Source: Candidatus Woesearchaeota archaeon
GTDB lineage: Archaea > Nanobdellota > Nanobdellia > Pacearchaeales > GW2011-AR1
Direction: 5' to 3'
Length of the DNA: 48,784 nucleotides
NCBI GenBank assembly: GCA_964467035.1
Contig: CAYXNX010000006.1
Location: forward strand, 1 to 48,784
Below are positions 1 through 8,167 of this stretch, one piece after another. Within the stretch, counting starts at the first letter, position 1, and every line of letters starts with the position of its first letter. The position numbers and the translations under genes were made by a program. The notes beneath the pieces are model-generated. The model was not told the origin of the DNA. It made no database searches and saw nothing but the letters and a program-made list of their open reading frames with translations.

Positions 1-13
1 TTGTTTTGACGCA

Positions 14-54
14 GGTTAGAGTTTTTAACTCTAGCCCGAATCCTATCTCGGGCA
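14..54 (+). other. Hairpin (14-36) followed by an isolated tRNA 3'-end segment (37-54)
   Basis: GGTTAGAG-TTTTTAA-CTCTAGCC stem-loop, then CGAAT-CCTAT-CTCGGGC-A, which parses as T-loop end, T-stem 3' strand, acceptor 3' strand and discriminator. The cognate tRNA body is not in the window. Confidence 0.6.
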
Positions 55-97
55 TATTTTGAGATTTGAAATAGATTATTTGCTTTTTTTAAGAATA

Positions 98-112
98 TAA
101 AAAACTTTAAAA
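98..112 (+). promoter_or_regulatory. Putative BRE/TATA promoter of tRNA-Gly
   Basis: A-run followed by TTTAAAA (106-112), about 30 nt upstream of the mature tRNA 5' end. Confidence 0.5.
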
Positions 113-139
113 CCTTTGTAAATTAAATTATAATTAGGC

Positions 140-210
140 GCGTGGGTAGTTCAGTGGCAGAATAACTGGCTTCCAACCAGTTGACCCGGGTTCGAATCCC
201 GGCCCGCGCA
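140..210 (+). tRNA. tRNA-Gly(TCC), intronless, CCA not encoded
   Basis: Acceptor GCGTGGG/CCCGCGC plus A; D arm TAGTTCAGTGGCAGAAT; anticodon arm ACTGG-CTTCCAA-CCAGT; T arm CCGGG-TTCGAAT-CCCGG. Confidence 0.97.
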
Positions 211-382
211 TAATTCGATTCGAACCCTTCGAATCCCTTGATTGGCCAAGCATGGACGATCTAGGTTGGATTTTTAATCCAGCCGGCCCGCGCATAATTC
301 GATTCGAACCCTTCGAATCCCTTGATTGGCCAAGCATGGACGATCTAGGTTGGATTTTTAATCCAGCCGGCCCGCGCATAAT
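199..382 (+). repeat. 84-bp tandem repeat (2 full units plus 16 bp) anchored on the tRNA-Gly 3' end
   Basis: CCGGCCCGCGCATAAT at 199, 283 and 367; the two intervening 68-bp segments are identical. Confidence 0.95.
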
Positions 383-437
383 ATACTGCGGTTTTCATAA
401 TCTTTTTAAATTGCTTTTGGTAACTTATATCATTAAG

Positions 438-1322
438 ATGAATAAAGAAAAATTTTCCAATTTTTATAATAAGTATTACAAGCTTTTCTTAATTGTAATG
501 TTGGTTTTATTTTTCGCAGGTATTTTGTATTTGGGTTGGTTTTTTCAACAAAATGGAGATATAATAAAAAAAGATATTTCTTTAACAGGCGGAACATCTA
601 TCCAAGTAAATGAAAAAACAAATATCCAAGAATTGCAAAATACTCTTTCAAAAGAATTTGAAGAATTTTCTATTAGAGAAATTTCTGATTTACTAACTGG
701 TGAGCAAATCGGTTTTGTTGTTGAGTCTTCTGCTGACCCCGAAATATTAAAATCTTTTTTAGAAAACTATTTAGAAATAGAACTAACTTCTGAAAATAGT
801 TCTGTAGAATTTACAGGTTCTACATTAAGCGGTAGTTTTTACAATCAACTTAGATTTGCAATTATTTTAGCATTTATCTTTATGGCTTTAGTTGTATTTT
901 TTATTTTCAAATCTTTTATTCCAAGTATTGCGGTAATTTTTGCAGCTTTTTCCGATATAGTTTTGACAATTTCTACAATAAATTTATTGGGAATAAAAAT
1001 GTCTACCGCAGGAATTGTAGCTATTTTGATGTTAATAGGTTATTCAGTGGATACAGATATTTTGCTTACCGCAAGAACATTAAAAAGAAGGGGTTCTTCA
1101 ATCAACTCAAGAATTTTCGGAGCATTTAAAACAGGAATTACAATGTCTTTAACTTCTTTATTAGTTGTTATTGCAGGTTTAATTATCACCTCTTCATTTT
1201 CAAAAATATTTGAACAAATCTTTACAATCCTAACAATTGGTTTAATATTTGATATTGCAAATACTTGGTTAGGGAATGCTTCAATAATTAAATGGTATGC
1301 TTACAAAAAAGGTTTAGACTAA
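438..1322 (+). CDS. secF: Protein translocase subunit SecF
   Basis: ISLTGGT and GYSVDTDIL motifs, six TM segments, adjacent to secD. Start moved to ATG 438 because the ORF-track extension only reads through the tRNA repeat. Confidence 0.93.
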   Translation: MNKEKFSNFYNKYYKLFLIVMLVLFFAGILYLGWFFQQNGDIIKKDISLTGGTSIQVNEKTNIQELQNTLSKEFEEFSIREISDLLTGEQIGFVVESSADPEILKSFLENYLEIELTSENSSVEFTGSTLSGSFYNQLRFAIILAFIFMALVVFFIFKSFIPSIAVIFAAFSDIVLTISTINLLGIKMSTAGIVAILMLIGYSVDTDILLTARTLKRRGSSINSRIFGAFKTGITMSLTSLLVVIAGLIITSSFSKIFEQIFTILTIGLIFDIANTWLGNASIIKWYAYKKGLD

Positions 1323-1323
1323 A

Positions 1324-2856
1324 ATGAAAATAACATGGAGAATTTGGTTGATGTTGGTTGTATTGCTTTTTTGCGTTATTTGGGTTTTTGGAATTCCTCC
1401 TCTTTTTTTACAACAAGGAGTAATTGTTCAAAATGTTGACCAAAATTCAACAGCATATGAAGCAGGCTTGTCAAACGGGGCAATAATTACCTCTATAAAT
1501 GGAGAAAAAATTGAGGATTTTGCACAATACACTGAACAAATGACTTATTTGTTTCAAAATAATTCTAATGAACAGAAAGTTGTTTTTCAAACAAAAGAAA
1601 GTCAAGTGGTGTTTTTTTCAGAAAAAGTGCCTGAAATAATTGTTAAAGAAATTCCCTCCACAAATATCAAAACCGGCTTAGATTTAAGAGGAGGCTCAAG
1701 AGCTTTAATTAAACCAGAAGTTTCTCTAACTGATGCCCAAATGAATGATTTAATTTCAACAACAAGCCAAAGATTAAATGTATATGGTTTGCAAGATGTA
1801 AAAATAAGAAAAGTTACAGATCTTTCAGGAAATAAATTTATGTTGGTGGAAATTGCAGGAGCAACACCTTCAGATTTAGAATCTTTAATTTCAGAACAAG
1901 GAAGGTTTGAAGCCAAAATAGGAAATGAAACAGTTTTTACAGGTGGAAATGAAGATATTAAATATGTTTGTAGGAATGATGCCCAGTGCGCAGGAATTGA
2001 ACGCTGTCAAGATACAAGCTCTGGAGAAATTTGCTCTTATTCTTTCCAAATCCATATTAGTGAAGAAGCTGCAAAAAAACATGCAGAAATAACAAAAGAC
2101 CTTGAAATAAATCAATCCAATCCCCAGTATTTGGAGAATTCAATTGATTTTTATGTTGATGATAAATTAACAACCTCTCTTGCAATATCTAAAAACCTTA
2201 AAGGGGTTGAAACAACAAGAATCCAAATACAAGGTTCTGCATCAGGTCAAGATAGACAATCAGCTTTTGAAAATGCAGAAGCAGAAATGAAAAAAATGCA
2301 AACCATTTTAATTACTGGAAGTTTGCCTTATGATTTAACTATTGAAAAACTTGATACAATATCTCCTTCAGTTGGAAAAACTTTTAACAAAGTAATATTC
2401 TCTTTAGCTTTAGCAGCATTTATTATTGTTTCTTCTATAGTTTTTTTAAGATATCGGTCTTTCAAATCCTCGCTTGCTTTAGTATTTACAAGTTTTTCAG
2501 AAATTTTTATCATTTTGGGAATAGCAGTTTTAATTAATTGGAATTTAGATTTGCCTGCAATTATTGGTATTTTGGTTACAATAGGAACAGGAGTAGACCA
2601 ACAAATTGTTATTCTAGATGAATCAAAATCTCAAAGTTCCCAAAATTTAAAACAAAAAATTAAATCAGCTCTTTTTATTGTTTTCTCAGCTTACTTCACA
2701 ACATTGGTTGCTTTAATTCCTTTAATGTGGGCAGGAGCTGGTCTTTTGAAAGGTTTTGCATTTACAACTCTTATTGGTTTAACTACTGGTGTTTTTATAA
2801 CTAGGCCTGCATTTGCAGATATGCTTAAAATTTTAGATTCAAAAAATGCTTCCTAA
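1324..2856 (+). CDS. secD: Protein translocase subunit SecD with PDZ-like N-terminal region
   Basis: GLDLRGG, RLNVYGL and IGTGVDQQIVI motifs; AYEAGL...ITSING PDZ-like segment. Confidence 0.93.
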   Translation: MKITWRIWLMLVVLLFCVIWVFGIPPLFLQQGVIVQNVDQNSTAYEAGLSNGAIITSINGEKIEDFAQYTEQMTYLFQNNSNEQKVVFQTKESQVVFFSEKVPEIIVKEIPSTNIKTGLDLRGGSRALIKPEVSLTDAQMNDLISTTSQRLNVYGLQDVKIRKVTDLSGNKFMLVEIAGATPSDLESLISEQGRFEAKIGNETVFTGGNEDIKYVCRNDAQCAGIERCQDTSSGEICSYSFQIHISEEAAKKHAEITKDLEINQSNPQYLENSIDFYVDDKLTTSLAISKNLKGVETTRIQIQGSASGQDRQSAFENAEAEMKKMQTILITGSLPYDLTIEKLDTISPSVGKTFNKVIFSLALAAFIIVSSIVFLRYRSFKSSLALVFTSFSEIFIILGIAVLINWNLDLPAIIGILVTIGTGVDQQIVILDESKSQSSQNLKQKIKSALFIVFSAYFTTLVALIPLMWAGAGLLKGFAFTTLIGLTTGVFITRPAFADMLKILDSKNAS

Positions 2857-3334
2857 AAACCATATAATCTTGGGTTTATTCTTTTCATTGATAGTATTTC
2901 TAATTTTTCCAGAATTGGGTTTGGGTGGTTTTTTTATAATTTGGTTATCTTCTTTTTTAATTGATGTAGATCATTATCTGTTTTATGTTTGGCTTAAAAA
3001 AGATTTCCACCCCCTAAGAGCTTATAATTGGTTTATGAAAAAACACAAAACATTTCATTCTCTTTCAAAAAATGATAAAATTCAGAAATCAAAAAACACA
3101 TATATTCCTTGTATATTTCATGGAATAGAAGCAATTATTGTTTTAATTATCTTGTATTTGTTTATGCCTTTCTACAATGAAATTTTTTTATATATCTTAA
3201 TAGGGTTTTTATTTCACGAATTTCTTGATTTTGTCCATATAATTTTTGGAGGTTACACTCTTAGACATTTAGGGTTTCAAACATATAATCTTCTTCAATT
3301 TCAGAAACTATTAAAAAAATCAAGTTTTCTTTAA
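2846..3334 (+). CDS. Membrane-bound metal-dependent hydrolase (YdjM-like)
   Basis: N-terminal His, IDVDH, FHGIE and HEFLD motifs between hydrophobic segments. Confidence 0.65.
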   Translation: MLPKNHIILGLFFSLIVFLIFPELGLGGFFIIWLSSFLIDVDHYLFYVWLKKDFHPLRAYNWFMKKHKTFHSLSKNDKIQKSKNTYIPCIFHGIEAIIVLIILYLFMPFYNEIFLYILIGFLFHEFLDFVHIIFGGYTLRHLGFQTYNLLQFQKLLKKSSFL

Positions 3335-3335
3335 A

Positions 3336-4139
3336 ATGTCATTAAAAAACTATAAAAATCTTGTATTTAATTATGAAAATTTAGAAATAAACATTTATGA
3401 AATTATCAATATAGCAAAAAAAGCTGGAGAACCTATTTTAGAAATTTATAACACTAATTTTGAACATAAATTGAAAGAAGATAAATCTCCTTTAACAAAA
3501 GCAGATACTGAATCAAATAAAATAATAACTCAAAATTTAAACAAGTTATTTCCAAATATTCCTTTGCTTTCTGAAGAAGAAAAAGAAATTTCTTTTGATA
3601 AACGAAAAAATTGGGAATTTTTCTGGCTTATAGATCTTTTAGATGGGACAAAAGAATTTATAAATAAAAATGGAGAATTTACAGTCAATATTGCCCTGAT
3701 TCATAAAAACAAACCAGTTCTAGGTGTTGTTTATTTGCCTGTTTACGATGTTTTTTACCTCGGAGATTTACAAAATGGAAGTTTTAAAAAACAAAAAGAA
3801 AATATAGCAAAATTACCTATTTCAAACCAAAGAGATTATCTCAATGTTGTGGCAAGTAAATCTCATTTTAATGAAGAGACTCAAAATTTTATTGATAAAT
3901 TAAAAGAAAAATCAGATAAACCTATTAATTTTATTTCAGCTGGAAGCTCTTTGAAACTTTGTTATGTTGCAGAAGGCAAGGCAGATATTTATCCCCGTTT
4001 AGGTCCAACAATGGAGTGGGATACTGCTGCCGCTCACGCAGTTGTCAAATTTGCAGGTAAAAATGTCTATGATTATAATAAAAAAGAGTTGCGATACAAT
4101 AAAGAATCTTTAAAGAATAATTTTTTTATTGTTGAATAA
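3336..4139 (+). CDS. cysQ: 3'(2'),5'-bisphosphate nucleotidase CysQ
   Basis: KEDKSPLTKAD, LSEE, DLLDGTKEF, GEFTVNIALI, GSSLK and YPRLGPTMEWDTAA motifs. Confidence 0.93.
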   Translation: MSLKNYKNLVFNYENLEINIYEIINIAKKAGEPILEIYNTNFEHKLKEDKSPLTKADTESNKIITQNLNKLFPNIPLLSEEEKEISFDKRKNWEFFWLIDLLDGTKEFINKNGEFTVNIALIHKNKPVLGVVYLPVYDVFYLGDLQNGSFKKQKENIAKLPISNQRDYLNVVASKSHFNEETQNFIDKLKEKSDKPINFISAGSSLKLCYVAEGKADIYPRLGPTMEWDTAAAHAVVKFAGKNVYDYNKKELRYNKESLKNNFFIVE

Positions 4140-4194
4140 TCAAAATTTTCAAATTTATCCATTAATTTTTAAACATTGGATTATATGTTGTAAT

Positions 4195-5748
4195 ATGGAA
4201 AGTAAAAAACAAAAAGATTCTTTGACTGAATCAACTATTAAGAATTCTTTGTATAATTTTTCAGGGACAATTATTTCTCGGGTTGGAGCTTTAATTTTTA
4301 CTATTCTTTTAGCAAGGATGTTACTTCCTGAGATGTATGGTATTTATTCCTTAGTTTTATCTGTTGTGGGAATTTTTGTAACCCTTACAGATTTGGGAAT
4401 GGGAAAAACAATGATTAGATATGCTTCTGAGGCCTTTGGGCAAGGCAAAAATGCAAAAGCTTCTGCATATATTGGATATCTTTTTAGGTTCAAATTTTAT
4501 TTATCCCTAGCCGCAGTATTTATTTTAATTATGTTTAGTAATATAATTGCTGTTTATATTTTCCAAAAACCAGAAATAAGAATTCCTCTAATATTTGCAT
4601 GTTTATATGTATTAATGAGAGTTTCTTTTGGTTTTTTCCAATCAATTTTAACAACTATTAAAGATTTTAGAAAAGTTGCAGTAATGCAATTTATATTCCA
4701 GATTTCAAGAATTGCTTTAGTTGTCTTAGCTATTTATTTACTTTCTCCCCAAGCAATCATCCCAGGAGTTTTTATTGCTTTATCATTAGCAATGTTTTTA
4801 ACCTCGCTTTATGCATTTATTAAAACAGATAAAAAAATATTTTTTAATAAAGATGCTAAAAATCAAAACCTAGAGAAAAAAAGAGTTCTAAGTTATTTAG
4901 GATTTGTAAGTTTGGTTAGCCTTTCAATGACTTTTTTTGGAAAAATAGATATCTTAATGTTGGGCAGATTTGTTTCTGTAGAATATTTGGGTTTTTACAG
5001 GGCTGCATTAAATTTAGCTACTTCTGTAGGGGCATTGTTTGGTTTTGGAGCTGTTTTATTGCCTGTTTTCACCCAACTAAGTGGAGAGAGATTTGAAAGA
5101 GGATTTAAAAAAACATTTAAAGCAATAACAATGTTTACTGTTCCTGCTGTTTTAGGAATATGGGTAATAGGACGATATTTTATTTATGCTATTTATGGAA
5201 GTGAATATATTGTAGCAACAATTCCCTTTTATGCTTTAGCCCTGACAATATTTATTACTCCTCTTGTAGCATTATACTCTATATTTTTTGAGGCAAAAGA
5301 AAAACCAAAGATTTTAACAAAAGCAGTCTTTATTTCCCTGGGATTAAATGTAGTATTAAATTTTATTTTAATAAAATACCTTCCAATATGGTTTAATAAA
5401 GGATCAGAATTCGCAATTCTTGGGGCAGGGATTGCTACAATAATAAGCAGGGGAACATATTTATTCACAATAAAAGGAAAAACAAGAAAATATTCAGGGA
5501 TTAGTGGAGAAAGTAAACTCCTAATTAAGCCATTAATCTCAAGCTTAGTTATGGCAGGATTCTTAATAGGATTCACATATTTTATAGATATGAATTGGAT
5601 CTTCGGAGGGATAATGATAATTCTTGGAACAGGAATTTACTTTGGAATGATGTATCTAATTAAAGGAATAGAAGACGAAGACATAAGGATGATGAAAAAG
5701 ATATTTGTTAAAAAATACAAAGATGTAAAAAAGAATAAAAGGATTTAG
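4195..5748 (+). CDS. Oligosaccharide flippase (Wzx/AglR-like, MOP superfamily)
   Basis: LARMLLPEMYGIYS, DLG and DILMLG...LGFY motifs, about 14 TM segments; probable start ATG 4195. Confidence 0.88.
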   Translation: MESKKQKDSLTESTIKNSLYNFSGTIISRVGALIFTILLARMLLPEMYGIYSLVLSVVGIFVTLTDLGMGKTMIRYASEAFGQGKNAKASAYIGYLFRFKFYLSLAAVFILIMFSNIIAVYIFQKPEIRIPLIFACLYVLMRVSFGFFQSILTTIKDFRKVAVMQFIFQISRIALVVLAIYLLSPQAIIPGVFIALSLAMFLTSLYAFIKTDKKIFFNKDAKNQNLEKKRVLSYLGFVSLVSLSMTFFGKIDILMLGRFVSVEYLGFYRAALNLATSVGALFGFGAVLLPVFTQLSGERFERGFKKTFKAITMFTVPAVLGIWVIGRYFIYAIYGSEYIVATIPFYALALTIFITPLVALYSIFFEAKEKPKILTKAVFISLGLNVVLNFILIKYLPIWFNKGSEFAILGAGIATIISRGTYLFTIKGKTRKYSGISGESKLLIKPLISSLVMAGFLIGFTYFIDMNWIFGGIMIILGTGIYFGMMYLIKGIEDEDIRMMKKIFVKKYKDVKKNKRI

Positions 5749-5788
5749 ATTTTTTTCATTATCAGTAATTATTTACTAAAATAAAAGA
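5748..5788. repeat. Direct repeat copy 1 flanking the AbiE module
   Basis: 28-bp core ATTATCAGTAATTATTTACTAAAATAAA (5758-5785) is identical to 7416-7443, and both are preceded by GATTTTTTT. Confidence 0.85.
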
Positions 5789-5791
5789 TTT

Positions 5792-6547
5792 TTACTGTCC
5801 ACCCTGCTCCAAATATTCTTTTATCTTTTTAATAGTCTTTTGAAAGTTAGGAACCCTATAAACTAAAGGAATTAGCTCACTTTCCCATATTTCTTTTTTG
5901 TTTTTTAGTAAATAAAGGAACTTTTTCTTGTCCCACTCAAGGCTATAAAAACTAATTTTTTCTTTTATCATTTCCTTTTTCATTTCTATTCCCTTTTCAA
6001 TTAAAAACAAAACATCATACACATCTCTTGCTTTGTTTCTTGTAAAAATTGTTCTTATTTTTTCTGCCAAAATTTCTTGTTCTTTCATAACAAAAACATC
6101 AAATACAGGTATTTCTTCTAAAAATTTTCCCAGAGATTTAATTTCTGGTCTCTCTAAAGCTTTCTCTCTCAAACTTATATCTAATTCAATTTTGCAGAAA
6201 CTGTTTTTTGTTCCTATGTATAGGGGCCCCTTTATCCATATTGTTACTTTTAGACTGTTTTTGTATTTTGTTTCTTTTAATTTAAAGTCCAAATCAAATC
6301 TTTCAAGACCCTTTTCAAGTTTTTTAGGGTTAAACTCTTTTTCACAATTAAAATCTAAATCCTCTGAAAATCTATCTAAACCATAACATTTGCTTAATGC
6401 TGTCCCCCCTTTGAAAATAAGCTCTTTTCCATACTCCTGAGACAGGATAAATAAAACAACTGTCTGGAAGTAATCTTTTTCTGCAAATCCAATGTTTCTT
6501 AAGTTTCTCTTTTTTGCATATTCTTTTAATTCTTCTTTAGAAATCAT
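5792..6547 (-). CDS. Type IV TA toxin, AbiEii/AbiGii nucleotidyltransferase
   Basis: EKDY, FKGGTAL, RFSEDLDF, AEKIR and RDVYD motifs. Confidence 0.92.
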   Translation of the reverse strand: MISKEELKEYAKKRNLRNIGFAEKDYFQTVVLFILSQEYGKELIFKGGTALSKCYGLDRFSEDLDFNCEKEFNPKKLEKGLERFDLDFKLKETKYKNSLKVTIWIKGPLYIGTKNSFCKIELDISLREKALERPEIKSLGKFLEEIPVFDVFVMKEQEILAEKIRTIFTRNKARDVYDVLFLIEKGIEMKKEMIKEKISFYSLEWDKKKFLYLLKNKKEIWESELIPLVYRVPNFQKTIKKIKEYLEQGGQ

Positions 6548-7235
6548 GATAAACCCTCCATTTTGAATCTGTTTTTTTGTATTTTGTTGAAAAAGTGTTC
6601 AATTTTATATAATTTGTATCTAATTCAAAATTTTTTGAAATGTCTATTTTTTTGTATCTTTCCAACATAAATCCCACTCTTTTTATGAGTGATTGGTTTT
6701 TTGTTTTTTTGAGATAATCTATAACCTTTTCTTTTGAAATTTTTGAGTTTTTGAATATCTTTGTAATCTCATCAAAATTTCCTGTTTCTTTTTGTTTTAA
6801 CATACAATCTAAAAGAAGTTTTTCAGATTCAACAATAAATACTTCCCCTCTGCTTGTTCTCTGTTTTTTATAACCAAAAAAATATTTCATAGGAATAAAT
6901 CTTATCTTATATCCCTGAAAATCCACTTCTTTATATTTTTTAGTCGTAGCTATCTGGATTGTATTAAGTATTTGCTCAGTATATCCCAAATAAGAAGAAG
7001 CAGCCCAGAAAGAGATATACCCTGGATATTTTATGTTACTTGCTATGACATAAATATCTCCATCAACAGTATATTTGTTTTTTGTTATTTTTTTAATTAA
7101 GTTTCTTTTTAATAATCTATTTAAGATTATTTTTGAATACTCTCTGGAGCAATAACATAATCTTGTTATGTCATTTAAACTAAAGACAGATTTTTTTCTT
7201 AATTCTTCAATTAACTCTATTGTATTTGTTTTCAT
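6537..7235 (-). CDS. Type IV TA antitoxin, AbiEi-family regulator
   Basis: N-terminal wHTH, YISFWAA...G..EQI, EKLLLD and KRVGFMLE motifs; overlaps the toxin start. Confidence 0.88.
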   Translation of the reverse strand: MKTNTIELIEELRKKSVFSLNDITRLCYCSREYSKIILNRLLKRNLIKKITKNKYTVDGDIYVIASNIKYPGYISFWAASSYLGYTEQILNTIQIATTKKYKEVDFQGYKIRFIPMKYFFGYKKQRTSRGEVFIVESEKLLLDCMLKQKETGNFDEITKIFKNSKISKEKVIDYLKKTKNQSLIKRVGFMLERYKKIDISKNFELDTNYIKLNTFSTKYKKTDSKWRVYHDF

Positions 7236-7261
7236 ATCTTTTTTTAGTATTTTTTATTTAT

Positions 7262-7285
7262 AAAGTTATCGTTTTTGATAACTTT
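7262..7285. promoter_or_regulatory. Inverted repeat overlapping the abiE promoter (candidate AbiEi operator)
   Basis: Perfect AAAGTTATC-N6-GATAACTTT overlapping TATA-like TTTATAAA (7257-7264) upstream of abiEi. Confidence 0.6.
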
Positions 7286-7406
7286 GAAGATTAAATATAA
7301 GATTATTGACAAGGTACAAGATTATATCAAGAGAAAAATCTAACCTAATGAAATAGAATAATCAACTATTATCCTTAACTATTTATATTGTTATTACCAA
7401 TAACCG

Positions 7407-7443
7407 GATTTTTTTATTATCAGTAATTATTTACTAAAATAAA
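7407..7443. repeat. Direct repeat copy 2 flanking the AbiE module
   Basis: Matches 5748-5785. Confidence 0.85.
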
Positions 7444-7487
7444 GAATTTAAAAAATTATAAATGAATTTTTATTAAATTCCCTATGA

Positions 7488-7679
7488 CAAAAAGCAAAAT
7501 TAATAACCGGACACGAGGCTTATTATGGAATACATAAATATTTTCCATACAGAGAAGCAAGATACATAGTTTTTATAAGAGATCCTGCTGAAAGACAGAC
7601 ATCTAGATATAACCAGAATATTTCAAGATTACAAGAAAACAGACCAGACAATAAAAAGCATAAACCTTCCTTCATTTAA
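7488..7679 (+). pseudogene. Sulfotransferase (family 2-like) internal fragment
   Basis: Hand translation QKAKLITGHEAYYGIHKYFPYREARYIVFIRDPAERQTSRYNQ contains the 3'-PB motif RDP..R..S.Y; no start codon or 5'-PSB loop. Confidence 0.72.
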
Positions 7680-7682
7680 AAA

Positions 7683-7912
7683 ATGGTTAAAGCTACAATA
7701 CAAATTCCTGAAAATGAAAATAAAATTCTTGAGATAGTTAAAGAAAATACAGTCTAAAAACAAAAGAACAAGCTATCGCTATGGTAATTAAACTATGCGG
7801 TCAGGAATTATTAGAACCTGAATTAAGACCTGAATTTACTGAAGAAATGAAGAAAGTTGAAAAACAGAAAAGAACTCCTTTCAAAGATAAAAAAGTTAAG
7901 AAAAATTATTGA
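7683..7912 (+). pseudogene. DUF2683-like antitoxin, frameshifted
   Basis: MVKATIQIPENENKILEIVK / KYSLKTKEQAIAMVIKLCGQELLEPELRPEF; one base missing near 7744. Confidence 0.72.
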
Positions 7913-7920
7913 AGAATAAA

Positions 7921-8146
7921 AAGTATTCTTTTTCAATTTCTGAAAGACTAAAAAAGACAAAAAAGTTTATGAACAGATTTTGAAGAAAATTAATGGGATA
8001 ATTGATTCTGATCCTGAACATTATAAAAATTTGAGAAAACCCCTGCAACATCTAAAAAAGTTCACATTGGGTTCTTTGTTTTTGGTTTTAATAAAAATAA
8101 AAAAGAAGTATGCTTTGAGAATTATAAACACCCGGGAAATATATAA
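7921..8146 (+). pseudogene. RelE/ParE-like toxin remnant
   Basis: KDKKVYEQILKKINGIIDSDPEHYKNLRKPLQHLK / VHIG fragments across several frames; no start codon. Confidence 0.68.
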
Positions 8147-8167
8147 GAAAAACTAAATTCAAAATAA

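Noticed and set aside
34-53. GCCCGA/TCGGGC hairpin as a simple terminator
   Set aside because: Possible fold, but it overlaps the conserved hairpin, and the tRNA 3'-end parse explains the sequence better; not called separately
264-284. Hairpin as a tRNA-Lys(TTT) gene
   Set aside because: The loop TTTTTAA is anticodon-like, but no D arm, T arm or acceptor stem is correctly placed around it
199-382. CRISPR array interpretation of the tRNA-linked repeats (also 48635-48784)
   Set aside because: Intervening segments are identical, the repeat is a tRNA 3' end, and no cas genes are present
134-437. ORF 134..379 (-) and the N-terminal extension of the secF ORF (252-437)
   Set aside because: They are translations of the tRNA and its 84-bp (multiple of 3) repeat; SecF homology starts at ATG 438
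5758-5785. dif/Xer site or IS end
   Set aside because: The dyad has a 4-nt rather than 6-nt centre and weak arms; no terminal inverted repeats or transposase
7290-7405. Possible additional gene remnant next to the abiE promoter
   Set aside because: No frame gave a motif I could recognise
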